A stretch of DNA of 64,000 bases from an uncultured bacterium (GTDB taxonomy: Bacteria > Chlamydiota > Chlamydiia > Chlamydiales > FEN-1388). Numbering within the stretch: position 1 is the first letter of the stretch; each line of letters starts with the position of its first letter. The DNA lies in NCBI GenBank assembly GCA_964409235.1, contig CAYPCN010000001.1, positions 157,520 to 221,519 on the forward strand, given 5' to 3'. The position numbers and the translations under genes were made by a program. This document shows positions 45,401-53,842 of the stretch, one piece after another. Below the pieces are notes generated by a model that worked only from the letters and a program-made list of their open reading frames with translations, made no database searches and was not told where the DNA came from.

Positions 45401-45840
45401 TTAGCCAGTACACAAAAATGTTGGGCATTATCAAAGAGGATTTCGTCCAGAAAAAGACCCCCCATCTCTATCTGGATGGTGCGACAAAAAATCGGTTGAG
45501 CCTTGTGAAGCAGTTCAATGAAGATCCGTCCATCCCCGTCTTTTTGGTCTCCCTCCGCGCTGGAGGGAATGGCTTAAACTTGGTAGGCGCCGATAGCGTC
45601 ATCCATTACGACATGTGGTGGAATCCCGCAGTAGAAAATCAGGCTACTGACAGGGTGTGGCGCATGGGGCAAAAACTCAAAGTGTCGTCCTATAAGTTGA
45701 TCACGAAGGGCACGATTGAGGAGAAGATCATCGAGCTCCAAGAGAAGAAGAGAGATCTGATCTCTGGCATTGTTGAATCCGACGAAGACGTGCTATCAAA
45801 GCTGACATGGGAAGATGTTCTTGGGCTGCTGAAGACCTGA
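42433..45840 (+). CDS. SNF2/Rad54-family helicase with an N-terminal SWIM zinc finger
   Basis: The SWIM motif is CDCTQGVDCLHLACLLFFL. The helicase motifs are LADDMGLGKT, DEAQAIKN, LTGTPIEN and the C-terminal QATDRVWRMGQ. Its position between tig and mreB matches what I recall for Chlamydia. Confidence 0.92.
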   Translation: MEAVSESVLNFRKMRHDFCPAVLKEGKALFEKGSCIGAKIASFSAQQFVIEAEVTGHFQDTHSCSIEVDRVESVVMYSTCDCTQGVDCLHLACLLFFLEAHFHSMLLTYLGNIRENSSADPAIVEVERKVHARARKEQERQLIADYSKAGEWMGRTSLFHEAHAKIETGELLIAIGPWNGLNNRLTEIQLAVKLTGRPKPVCIQQPKAFLLALQQLEPLILGSQRVVLDDSSFGEGCVPLIDFFRREFEYHDKADKTTKAGFLSQTAVFSLLSRAATLLKNPQQARICLFMGSFDRPLQVSSTYVRPHFSVEMLHETERRLVIKPSFMLPKGMLPLADVKLIVASPPGVLSEDIYYPLDPQFSLRQAIDLAEVDHYVIPEALFPTFVAYALPHLQKIGEVHLPEAFEQIRQALYLVDPTAVCEADLHDGELSVQLAFRYGDVELPEVRKEHSLEEISALSQGTCEVPRNLMKELLLSQELLWGLAPDDKEGRYTTKSEKRIIDFVSETLPSLKERVEWKLSDGMQRCFCFDESKLCLTFSEGNRHGIVRCRLQASGPLAGLDVAKVLDAARFRRSYIELGTSEKGVFSKKLLILPQDEIEALSLLIEDFAIPSLKNHEEWTLPLWSIVGIAEGATIAKQVTIACNKKIQELQATLFDPKETAQTPIAARFKSVLHPYQRDGVRWLRRLREFGLGGILADDMGLGKTVQAICALSEIHCSGNKVPPSLIVCPTSLVDNWKEEINRFEPNLKVVTFVGAPGERRKLLSQKSGVDVYVTSYGLIQRDLELFEPLPFSYVILDEAQAIKNRETRNARSVKRLNADYRLVLTGTPIENSLEDLWSLFDFLMPGFLWSHDRFLQTCVRASGKETAFEMLKNRVAPFVLRRMKQDVLDDLPSISHIIYHCYLHDEQQEMYHMAAKRAKEELLDLVERQGFEKAHLHVLATLTRLKQICCHPSLVHKEESAVVRSAKYEMLQDLLEVLIGSGHKTVIFSQYTKMLGIIKEDFVQKKTPHLYLDGATKNRLSLVKQFNEDPSIPVFLVSLRAGGNGLNLVGADSVIHYDMWWNPAVENQATDRVWRMGQKLKVSSYKLITKGTIEEKIIELQEKKRDLISGIVESDEDVLSKLTWEDVLGLLKT

Positions 45841-45933
45841 ACTGGGGTCCGAAGATCCTTGCAAAATGGCGAGAAGAACAGATAAAGTGGACTTTACATC
45901 GCAGATGGCTTCTGTACCAACGTGGTGATATGT

Positions 45934-47019
45934 ATGACTGCTCACTCTTTTTTTGCAGATCTCTATCGTCTTTCTTCCCGTAAGATCGCTCGCTTCAAAG
46001 GTGTTTTCTCCAGTGACATAGGCATCGATCTTGGCACGGCAAACACACTTGTTTTTGTGCGCGGCAGGGGGGTCGTCTTGGCTGAGCCTTCTGTGGTCGC
46101 TGTGGACCCGCTGACGAATGAAGTGCTCGCCGTTGGCCATAGAGCTAAGGCCATGCTTGGCAAGACGCCGAGGAAGATCCATGCTGTCCGCCCTATGAAA
46201 GATGGGGTTATTGCCGACTTTGAAATCGCCGAGGGTATGCTCAAAGTGCTTATTCGGCGCGTAACACCAGCGAGGAGCCTATTCCGCCCTCGCATTCTCA
46301 TCGCCGTGCCCTCAGGGATTACCGGTGTAGAGAAGCGAGCCGTGGAAGACTCTGCTCTCCATGCCGGCGCTCAAGAAGTGCTGCTCATAGAAGAGCCAAT
46401 GGCGGCTGCGATCGGCGTTGACCTCCCTGTCCATGAGCCGTCGGCGAGTATGATTATCGACATCGGCGGCGGAACGACAGAAATTGCGATCATCTCGCTC
46501 GGCGGTATCGTCGAATCTCGGTCGATCCGCATTGCTGGCGATGAATTCGACGAGTGCATCATCAACTACATGCGCCGGACCTACAACCTGATGGTCGGCC
46601 CGCGCTCTGCCGAAGAGATTAAAATTGCAATTGGCTCTGCCTATCCTCTCGGCGAGCATGAGCTGGAGATGGAAGTCAAAGGTCGGGATCAGGTCTCGGG
46701 GCTTCCTGTCACCCGGAGAATCAATTCCGTTGAAATTCGCGAGTGCTTGGGAGAGCCCATCCAACAGGTGATCGATGCTGTGAAATTGACTCTCGAGAAG
46801 TGCCCACCGGAATTGGCGGCCGACCTCGTAGAGCGCGGCATGGTGATAGCCGGCGGTGGCGCCCTTATTCGCGGACTGGACAAAGCGCTCAATAAAGAGA
46901 CGGGAATTCCAGTGATCATTGCCCCAAACCCCCTATTAGCTGTATGTCTTGGGACAGGAAAGGCGCTGGAGTATCTCGATAAATTCAAAAAGCGGCGGAG
47001 CCTAGTCGGCATGCCCTAG
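45934..47019 (+). CDS. mreB: Rod-shape/division actin homologue MreB
   Basis: [25 protein letters not shown] and the overall actin-fold motifs are present. The first ATG is at 45934; the ORF track starts at a GTG at 45922. Confidence 0.95.
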   Translation: MTAHSFFADLYRLSSRKIARFKGVFSSDIGIDLGTANTLVFVRGRGVVLAEPSVVAVDPLTNEVLAVGHRAKAMLGKTPRKIHAVRPMKDGVIADFEIAEGMLKVLIRRVTPARSLFRPRILIAVPSGITGVEKRAVEDSALHAGAQEVLLIEEPMAAAIGVDLPVHEPSASMIIDIGGGTTEIAIISLGGIVESRSIRIAGDEFDECIINYMRRTYNLMVGPRSAEEIKIAIGSAYPLGEHELEMEVKGRDQVSGLPVTRRINSVEIRECLGEPIQQVIDAVKLTLEKCPPELAADLVERGMVIAGGGALIRGLDKALNKETGIPVIIAPNPLLAVCLGTGKALEYLDKFKKRRSLVGMP

Positions 47020-47060
47020 CGCTACAATGCGATCCAACGTGAAAGGAAGGGGGGGTAGCC

Positions 47061-48842
47061 ATGGCAAAGAGTGTGATATCAGGACAGCTCAAAAAATGGG
47101 TGGAAGAGACCGCGGCGCTCACGCAACCCGATGCGATCGTCGTTGTCGATGGCTCTCAAGAGCAAGAACAAGAACTCTACCGCCTTCTTGTGCAAAACAA
47201 GACCTTCATCCCTCTCAATCCTCAAAAGCGGCCTCATAGTTTTTTGGCATGGTCAAATCCAGATGATGTGGCTCGCGTAGAAGATCGAACGTTCATCTGC
47301 ACAGAAAAAAAGGAAGATGCGGGGCCGACCAACAATTGGTTGCCGCCTGCCGAATGCAAAGAACGCCTCCAGTCGCTCTTCTCTGGCTGTATGCGGGGCA
47401 GGACGATGTACGTAGTCCCCTACTGCATGGGGCCTATGAAATCTCCGTACGCCCGCATTGGGGTGGAAATCACAGACTCGCCATACGTCGTTGTGAACTT
47501 GTTGATCATGACGAGGGTCTCCCCAGAGGTGGTCCAAGAGGCATGCTCTCAGCCGCTTGTTCAGTGTGTGCATTCTGTCGGGATGCCGTTGCTGCCTGGG
47601 CACAAGGATGTTTCATGGCCGTGCAATCCCAAGGAGACCATCATCGCCCATTTCCCAGAGACGATGGAGGTGTGGTCGTTCGGAAGCGGCTATGGCGGCA
47701 ATGCGCTGTTGAGTAAGAAGAGCCATGCTCTTCGCCTTGCCTCGTGGATGGCACGAGAGCAAGGATGGCTGGCAGAACATATGCTCATCCTTGGCGTGAC
47801 CAATCCTGAAGGGAAGAAACGGTATATCGCGGCTTCGTTCCCTAGCCAGTGTGGGAAGACCAATCTGGCCATGTTGGAATCGCAGCTGCCGGGATGGAAA
47901 GCAGAATGCGTGGGAGACGATATTGCGTGGATGTTTTGGAATGCCAATGGCGAGCTGAGAGCCGTGAACCCCGAATTCGGAAGCTTTGGCGTGGCGCCAG
48001 GGACGTCGGTCACAACGAATAAAAACGCCATCGGCACCCTCAAAGGACATTGTATCTTCACCAATGTCGGCCTTACACCTGATGGCGATGTGTGGTGGGA
48101 AGGGCTTACCGATACTCCTCCCGAAGGGTTGACGACGTGGAGAGGAGAGCCATATGTTGCTGGCAGTGGTAAGAGCGCGGCGCATCCCAATGCACGGTTT
48201 ACAGCGCCCCTTCGCCAGTGTCCTTCTCTTGATCCAGCGTGGGACGACCCTGAGGGCGTGCCGATCAGCGCTATTATTTTTGGCGGCCGCCGCCAATCTC
48301 TCGTCCCTCTCGTCCGCGAGGCGGTGTCGTGGCAACAGGGCATCTTTGACGGTGCGGCGATGACGTCTGAGACGACAGCGGCAGCGAAAGGAGTGGTTGG
48401 CAAGGTCCGCCACGATCCGTTTGCCATGCTGCCGTTTTGTGGGTATAACATGGGAGACTACTTTGGACACTGGTTGTCAATGGAGAAGCCAGGGCGCCAT
48501 CTTCCCAAAATTTTTTACGTCAATTGGTTCCTCAAAAACAACGATGGCAAGTTTGTCTGGCCAGGGTTTGCCGAGAATATGCGGGTGTTGGCGTGGATCT
48601 TCAACCGCCTCGAGGGAACGGCACAGGCTGTTCAGACGCCGGTAGGCTTGATACCAGAGAAGCGCGCTCTGGACCTGCCGCCGGGAACAACCTATGCTTC
48701 ACTCTTTCCCTTTGATCGCGATGGTTGGAAGAAAGAGATGGAAGATTTGCGAGAGTATTTTGCCGCTTTTGGCGACCGCTTGCCAGCAGCTTTGGCAGAT
48801 GAGCTTGAGGCTATTGACAAGGCTGTTGATCGTTTCTTATGA
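47061..48842 (+). CDS. pckG: GTP-dependent phosphoenolpyruvate carboxykinase
   Basis: The kinase-1a P-loop context is FPSQCGKTNLAML, and GDDIAWM is present. Length is 593 aa, and it is adjacent to mreB. Confidence 0.95.
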   Translation: MAKSVISGQLKKWVEETAALTQPDAIVVVDGSQEQEQELYRLLVQNKTFIPLNPQKRPHSFLAWSNPDDVARVEDRTFICTEKKEDAGPTNNWLPPAECKERLQSLFSGCMRGRTMYVVPYCMGPMKSPYARIGVEITDSPYVVVNLLIMTRVSPEVVQEACSQPLVQCVHSVGMPLLPGHKDVSWPCNPKETIIAHFPETMEVWSFGSGYGGNALLSKKSHALRLASWMAREQGWLAEHMLILGVTNPEGKKRYIAASFPSQCGKTNLAMLESQLPGWKAECVGDDIAWMFWNANGELRAVNPEFGSFGVAPGTSVTTNKNAIGTLKGHCIFTNVGLTPDGDVWWEGLTDTPPEGLTTWRGEPYVAGSGKSAAHPNARFTAPLRQCPSLDPAWDDPEGVPISAIIFGGRRQSLVPLVREAVSWQQGIFDGAAMTSETTAAAKGVVGKVRHDPFAMLPFCGYNMGDYFGHWLSMEKPGRHLPKIFYVNWFLKNNDGKFVWPGFAENMRVLAWIFNRLEGTAQAVQTPVGLIPEKRALDLPPGTTYASLFPFDRDGWKKEMEDLREYFAAFGDRLPAALADELEAIDKAVDRFL

Positions 48843-50173
48843 CCTATACCGCAGACGTCCGACTCGACCATATGGGAGTACAGGCACTCATGCCACATCG
48901 ACATGGGGTGGCCTCCTGGTACTCTTGGATTCTCCTCATGAGTCTGTCCGTGAATGTGGCTGTGATCGCATTTCTCGTTTTCCAGATGCGGGAGGGCGAG
49001 ATGTGGTTTGAGGTGGCCACAAAAGAGCCCGTTGCTGCTCCACTTCCTACTACCGCGCGTTCAGAATCGCTAAAATCGGAGATATCCTACCTTTTTGCGA
49101 AGAGCGATGAAGAGGTGATTGCAGCCCTTGAGAATGAAACCGTTGTCGCCAATGGCTATCGCCTTCAAGAGCTGGCGGTGGCCGTTCTCCTCGCCCGCGG
49201 GTATCAAGTGGAAGATCCTCTGCGTCCTCTAGGTGCCTGGCCCCAGCCATTGTCGGCATTTTCATGGACAGATGCCGATGGGAAACATGTGGTCATCAAG
49301 CTGTTTTCGCACCTAGGCGCTCGCGAGATTCAGGCTGTCAGAGCGTTTATTTGTGAGACCGCTGTCCCCTTTACAGCTGAGGGGATAGTGCGAAAGATGA
49401 GCCAGGGCCACGACTCCGTGCTGATGAAAAATGCTCTCGTCCGCACTGATGAATGGATGACCTTTTCCCGTCTGTTCAGCGCTCTCCCCGAAGAAGAACG
49501 GTTGTCCTTGGCCAAAGATGTGGGCGGAGAGCCGTTCTCAGCGGTTGTAGCGTGGGGTCTCTCGCACACAGACCCAAAAGACGTTGGCCCGTTTATCGCC
49601 TCTGTATTCTCGAGATATCCGTCGCCATGTCTTGCTGAGCTGGTTGCCTCCACATATGCTGATGTAGTCGTCTTCCAGGCGTCTGATGAGACGGCGCTCC
49701 TGTTGTTTTCGCATCTCCCTCCGCAGAGTGAGGCGGGCGTACGCCTGGCGATGCGGTTGCTGCATGGCCAACGGAAGCTGCCAGTATGGCAGGCGTCACA
49801 GGCGTATTTGGCACGGGCAGCGAGCATGCCAACACTCTGCTCAATGAGGCGTGAGGAAGTTTTGGCGTGGCTCCAGCAGGTTGCCAGGCCAGTACGGGAA
49901 TCCCCACCGCCCACACCACAACGCGAAGCTCCGGCGGCTGTCCCTGCTCCAAAACCGGCTCCGATGGCCACTCCTTCGACGCCGGTGGCGCAGGTCTCAA
50001 AGCGCGTAGCGGCACGGCAGCTGCAGCCGTATCGTACCTATGTAGTGCGGAAAGGGGATACGCTGTGGTCCATTGCCAAACGGTTTAACGTCGATGTCGA
50101 AAAACTCAAATATCTCAATGGACTCAAAGGCACGACGTTGACACCGGGTAAAGTGCTGAGAATTCCTCATTAG
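48839..50173 (+). CDS. Membrane-anchored protein with a C-terminal LysM peptidoglycan-binding domain
   Basis: It has an N-terminal TM (WYSWILLMSLSVNVAVIAFLVF), a Pro/Ala-rich linker and a terminal LysM (YVVRKGDTLWSIAKRFNVDVEKLKYLNGLKGTTLTPGKVLRIP). The start overlaps the pckG stop (ATGA). Confidence 0.8.
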   Translation: MTYTADVRLDHMGVQALMPHRHGVASWYSWILLMSLSVNVAVIAFLVFQMREGEMWFEVATKEPVAAPLPTTARSESLKSEISYLFAKSDEEVIAALENETVVANGYRLQELAVAVLLARGYQVEDPLRPLGAWPQPLSAFSWTDADGKHVVIKLFSHLGAREIQAVRAFICETAVPFTAEGIVRKMSQGHDSVLMKNALVRTDEWMTFSRLFSALPEEERLSLAKDVGGEPFSAVVAWGLSHTDPKDVGPFIASVFSRYPSPCLAELVASTYADVVVFQASDETALLLFSHLPPQSEAGVRLAMRLLHGQRKLPVWQASQAYLARAASMPTLCSMRREEVLAWLQQVARPVRESPPPTPQREAPAAVPAPKPAPMATPSTPVAQVSKRVAARQLQPYRTYVVRKGDTLWSIAKRFNVDVEKLKYLNGLKGTTLTPGKVLRIPH

Positions 50174-50193
50174 AAGTGTAGTGCCGGGAGCTG

Positions 50194-50538
50194 CTATGCG
50201 CTTTGTGACTCGTCGCGAAGGACTGGTCGGTGCTCGTCACAGCAGCATTGAGAGGGGGCGTGCGGGACCAGATCGATCCCCCCCCGACACCATCCAGAGC
50301 ATTTGGCAATCCGTTTGACGATGAGCCATACGGCTTTTGGGAGGGAGTGGACGGTCAACGCTTCTATAGCGTAGGTAGAGCAGCTTGGGTAAAATCGGCA
50401 ACAAGGGCCGATGACTGGCCTGATAGCCGTCTGATAGAGCCTGATGAAGGCAAACAGCACTCTCTTCACGATTTGAGTACAAAATCTCTGAGAAGAGAGA
50501 GTATCACTTCGATGAAGATGAGGATGATGATAATCCAT
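50194..50538 (-). CDS. yidD: Membrane protein insertion efficiency factor YidD (canonical)
   Basis: The core LYQTAIRPVIGPCCRFYPSCSTYAIEALTVHSLPKAVWLIVKRIAKCSGW has all conserved Cys. The true start is probably downstream of the ORF-track start, because that start overlaps the upstream gene by 73 nt. Confidence 0.85.
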   Translation of the reverse strand: MDYHHPHLHRSDTLSSQRFCTQIVKRVLFAFIRLYQTAIRPVIGPCCRFYPSCSTYAIEALTVHSLPKAVWLIVKRIAKCSGWCRGGIDLVPHAPSQCCCDEHRPVLRDESQSA

Positions 50539-51284
50539 TCCAGCCGACTTGCATGTTGATGGTTGAGTTCATTTCCTAAGACCTCAAAGAGGTCGTGGAT
50601 AATATCGAGCCGGCGATTTAATACTTCAACCCGGGTTTCAAGGTCAAGATGGGTGGCGATCAGCGTGTATAGATGCTCTACCTCTGAGTGTTCCCAAAAG
50701 TATTCTGGGATATCAAGAACGTCGAAATGGAGGTTGATAGAGCTGCGCTCGATGAAGAGTTCTCCCATCTTCTTCTGGATTTCTTTTTTTGAGAGCGGAA
50801 TGCGGCCGAAACGAGAAAGCTGCTCTGGAATCGACCGCGTTGTATCGATCGTTTTTTTGACAATCCCCTCGAAAACAGCGAGCTTGACAGATTGCGCCAG
50901 GCCATGGGAGAAGGCGAGTTTGACATTCAGGTGCTGAGAGGGTAGGACAATCTGGTCGTCGATGACAGCTCCCTGTTGGCCATAGCAATAGCCGACGATT
51001 TCTCTTTCGGGACTGTCATAGGCCCCCTCTTCATACATCTTCAGCGTAGAGAGAACTTCTTGTTCTTCCTCTGCCGTAAGTCCCCACATGACGACAGTGC
51101 CATAGCCAAAGATAAAGGATCCCGCCTCAGCGCCGTCTTTATCGCTTCCAAAACGCACGTAGAGAACATCGCGGAACGAAGAGACTTGATGGTGTGAACG
51201 AAAGGCTTTGACGAGCTCTTTAGTGGGGTAGGAGGTTGCCGTCGAATACGACACACATCGAGAACTATTGTGATATTGATCCAT
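50466..51284 (-). CDS. RMD1/Sif2-family (DUF155) protein with a C-terminal TM helix
   Basis: The DUF155-like core is GSFIFGYGTVVMWGL...EE...L, ...LAQSVKLAVFE... and LFIERSSINL...DIPEYFWE...LE..Y. The terminal TM is LEWIIIILIFIEVILSLL. I prefer the ATG at 51284; the longest ORF starts at 51422. Confidence 0.7.
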   Translation of the reverse strand: MDQYHNSSRCVSYSTATSYPTKELVKAFRSHHQVSSFRDVLYVRFGSDKDGAEAGSFIFGYGTVVMWGLTAEEEQEVLSTLKMYEEGAYDSPEREIVGYCYGQQGAVIDDQIVLPSQHLNVKLAFSHGLAQSVKLAVFEGIVKKTIDTTRSIPEQLSRFGRIPLSKKEIQKKMGELFIERSSINLHFDVLDIPEYFWEHSEVEHLYTLIATHLDLETRVEVLNRRLDIIHDLFEVLGNELNHQHASRLEWIIIILIFIEVILSLLRDFVLKS

Positions 51285-51425
51285 GAGAAAACTCTTTGAT
51301 AGAAAGAGCAATACTATCAGTAAAAATCTTTTCAGGCTAGGTTTGTTCTGCTCAGTAGTGTTCCCTCCCCCTCGATCAATCGTCAGAGAGATGCCGGGGG
51401 AGAGCGAAACGCACGGCAACAACGT

Positions 51426-51537
51426 GGGCCATGTGCGATGTGGATTTTTAGAGGGGAGGAGGGAGAGTTTTGGATCGAGCTACCACAAAACCGACGAAGC
51501 CCATCAAAAAGATCCTAGGGCGTATCGCAAGTGGCTT
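51426..51537 (+). repeat. Dispersed intergenic repeat, copy B
   Basis: gggccatgtgcgatgtggatttttagaggggaggagggagagttttgg is followed by the 3' arm agggcgtatcgcaagtggctt. The arms can form about 16 pairs with one mismatch. It lies 69 nt upstream of tRNA-Leu. Confidence 0.7.
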
Positions 51538-51605
51538 GGTGAGTTTGTCATTGAAGGCAATATAAACAGAGCGATATAGTCATTTCTCTTCGGGTTTCTG
51601 CATAT

Positions 51606-51689
51606 GCGAAAGTGGCGGAATTGGTATACGCGCTACTTTGAGGTGGTAGTGAGGGTGACCTCGTGGGGGTTCAAGTCCCCCCTTTCGCA
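51606..51689 (+). tRNA. tRNA-Leu (anticodon GAG), class II with a long variable arm
   Basis: A manual cloverleaf fits: acceptor GCGAAAG/CTTTCGC, anticodon arm CTACT-TTGAGGT-GGTAG, variable arm TGAGGGTGACCTCGT and T arm GGGGG-TTCAAGT-CCCCC. Confidence 0.95.
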
Positions 51690-51727
51690 GTCCATTCCAT
51701 TCTACACCGTCTGGTTGCACGCGCCGC

Positions 51728-51763
51728 CTCTATCCTCCAAAAGGCACATCGCTCCAAGGACTC
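51728..51763 (+). repeat. Orphan 3'-arm module of the dispersed repeat family, just downstream of tRNA-Leu
   Basis: ctctatcctccaaaaggcacatcgctccaaggactc closely matches 41984-42016 and 42206-42237. Confidence 0.5.
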
Positions 51764-51790
51764 GTCGGCCATCGTCTCAGCTGGCGACAG

Positions 51791-52405
51791 TCATGGCGCA
51801 TGATGGGCAGCACTCCGGGCTTGAATTCCAATTGTTTCCATGGCGGCAGTGAATAGATCTTCGGGAATAGCTACGCGCCGCCACGATGCTTCATTGGCTT
51901 GCAGCAGCTGCTGCGCTATTGCTTTGCTGTCTTCGGAGAGTCGGGGAAGCACGGCGAGCGATTGCGGAGCAATGCCCTCCTGTTCAAAAAACGTCAACGC
52001 CAGCAGGAGGGGCGCTGCCTTCCAGTCATCAAACGAAGGAAGGAGCTCCATGAGCGAGCAGAGAAGGTGCCATACCTCTGGTGATGGCGCCTGCATGGGC
52101 AGGCATGTTTCGACGATCGCGCGGAGATAGAGAGCTCCTTTCGCGGCCTGAGGGTGAGAACGCAATTCTGAAAAGGTATCGAGGATGTCGACGTCGCGTC
52201 CTACAGCAAAGTCGTTGGGATGGGGGATGATCGTGGTGTGGATACGGCAAAAGGGGCTGAACGACGTTCCTCGTCTAGGGACCGCAGAGAAGATAACTCT
52301 CCCTAGCTGGTCTGAAAAGCCATGGAGAATCCATGTTCGCCCACGGCCGGGAATAGCGCGGAACACGAGGATGTCAAGAGCTTGAGAATGGTTCACAAAA
52401 AGCAT
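51791..52405 (-). CDS. recO: DNA repair protein RecO-like
   Basis: The 204-aa product has an N-terminal OB-like segment (ALDILVFRAIPGRGRTWILHGFSDQLGRVIFSA) and then a helical part with a RecO-like pattern (LYLRAIVETCLPMQAPSPEVWHLL...LLLALTFFEQEGIAP). It is shorter than a typical RecO. This rests on recall only. Confidence 0.5.
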   Translation of the reverse strand: MLFVNHSQALDILVFRAIPGRGRTWILHGFSDQLGRVIFSAVPRRGTSFSPFCRIHTTIIPHPNDFAVGRDVDILDTFSELRSHPQAAKGALYLRAIVETCLPMQAPSPEVWHLLCSLMELLPSFDDWKAAPLLLALTFFEQEGIAPQSLAVLPRLSEDSKAIAQQLLQANEASWRRVAIPEDLFTAAMETIGIQARSAAHHAP

Positions 52406-52447
52406 GACCAGATGGTACCATGCCTATTTGATTTCTTGCTCAGACAA

Positions 52448-52521
52448 GCACCGATAGCTCAATCGGATAGAGTACCTGGCTTCGAACCAGGTGGTTGGAG
52501 GTTCGAGCCCTCTTCGGTGCG
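52448..52521 (+). tRNA. tRNA-Arg (anticodon UCG)
   Basis: A manual cloverleaf fits: acceptor GCACCGA/TCGGTGC, anticodon arm CCTGG-CTTCGAA-CCAGG and T arm GGAGG-TTCGAGC-CCTCT. Confidence 0.95.
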
Positions 52522-52535
52522 ACGTGTGCGATACT

Positions 52536-53582
52536 ATGACGTTGTTCCATCCTTTGAGGTGTACCGCCTCTGAATTTGCTAGTGGCCTGCAGGATCATTG
52601 CGGCCGCGGCTATGAGCAGGCTCTTGCCCTCTATCAATGCTTCGTTCGTGAAGGGAAGGTACGCTGTGACCTTCCTCAGTTTCGAAACTGCCCTCGGCTC
52701 TATGACCAAATGGTCCAAGCGACCAATCTTCACGTCGACCCAGTGACGCTCGTGCAAAACAGTGAGCGCGCGACCAAATTCCTGATGGAAACGCACGACG
52801 GATATCTCATCGAGTCAGTCATCATGTCAATGCACAGCCGACGTACCTTATGCATCTCATCGCAGATTGGCTGCCGGATGGGCTGCTCCTTTTGCCACAC
52901 AGGACAGATGGGCTGGAGGAGGAATCTAGCCGCAGAAGAGATCGTCGCGCAGCTGTTTGCGGCGCGCCATGTCCTTCGCTCTCCTATTCACAATGTCGTT
53001 TTTATGGGGATGGGAGAGCCGTTCGACAACTACGACGCCATGATGCAGGCCGCCCGTGTGATGGCCGATCCTCGCGCCTTTGGCATCGGACGTCGGCGCA
53101 TGACGATTTCTACAAGCGGTGAGCTGTGTGGCATCGAGCGCTTCGCCAAAGAACGAGGAGAGACTCCCAATCTTGCGGTGTCCATAGGCGGGCCTACGGA
53201 TGCCATTCGCACTCGCCTCATGCCCAGACGCCGTACCGAATCTCTCACAGACTTGTACAGAGTGATGCACGACTACTGCGGTCGAAAGAAACAGCAGATT
53301 CTCATCTCGTACGTTCTTCTCCAAGATATCAATGATTCTCTTGAGTGTGCAGAGCAGCTGACCTTGTTCCTCCAAGGGCTTGGCGTTCGCGTCAACGTCA
53401 TCCCCTACAATGCATCTCCCGGTAGTCGGTATGCGTGCCCATCGCCGTCCACAATTCAGGCGTTTGTCGAGTGTCTCAGGAAATGTGGCCTTCCCGTCTT
53501 CCTACGCCATGAGCGAGGTGCCTCTATTCAGGCTGCCTGCGGGCAGCTGGGGCACCCATCCCAGAGCCGTTCCATCGCGTGA
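52536..53582 (+). CDS. rlmN: Radical-SAM 23S rRNA/tRNA adenine-C2 methyltransferase RlmN
   Basis: The radical-SAM cluster motif CRMGCSFC, GMGEP and the C-terminal catalytic Cys context AACGQL are present. I chose the ATG at 52536 because the longer ORF would overlap tRNA-Arg. Confidence 0.9.
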   Translation: MTLFHPLRCTASEFASGLQDHCGRGYEQALALYQCFVREGKVRCDLPQFRNCPRLYDQMVQATNLHVDPVTLVQNSERATKFLMETHDGYLIESVIMSMHSRRTLCISSQIGCRMGCSFCHTGQMGWRRNLAAEEIVAQLFAARHVLRSPIHNVVFMGMGEPFDNYDAMMQAARVMADPRAFGIGRRRMTISTSGELCGIERFAKERGETPNLAVSIGGPTDAIRTRLMPRRRTESLTDLYRVMHDYCGRKKQQILISYVLLQDINDSLECAEQLTLFLQGLGVRVNVIPYNASPGSRYACPSPSTIQAFVECLRKCGLPVFLRHERGASIQAACGQLGHPSQSRSIA

Positions 53583-53602
53583 CTGCTCCGGATGGAGCTA
53601 TT

Positions 53603-53842
53603 CTATGCATCTTGTTTTGTTGTGGTGTTCATACATCGGCAGTGGGGGCAGCGGTGGAACTGCGTGTATGATTCCACGAGGTAGGACGAGGAGCAGTACT
53701 CGCATTTGACGTGGACTGTCGTGAGCTTCACAATCTCCCGCCGCTTGGCTTTATGGGAGTGGCGAAGCCAAGTGACGAGGAGCAAAAGGAGGAGGCCGCC
53801 GACGTAGAGCATGCATGCTGTTTCTGGAGCGATTTCAATCAT
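53603..53842 (-). CDS. Small membrane protein with a C-terminal zinc-ribbon-like CxxC...CxxC
   Basis: The 79-aa product has one TM (MLYVGGLLLLLLVTWL) followed by CEYC-x16-CPHC. It overlaps the upstream gene by 8 nt. Confidence 0.4.
   Translation of the reverse strand: MIEIAPETACMLYVGGLLLLLLVTWLRHSHKAKRREIVKLTTVHVKCEYCSSSYLVESYTQFHRCPHCRCMNTTTKQDA

Noticed and set aside
47613-48470. 285-aa and 253-aa minus-strand ORFs
   Set aside because: They lie antisense inside pckG, which has unmistakable GTP-PEPCK motifs. Their Arg/Pro-rich composition marks them as shadow ORFs.
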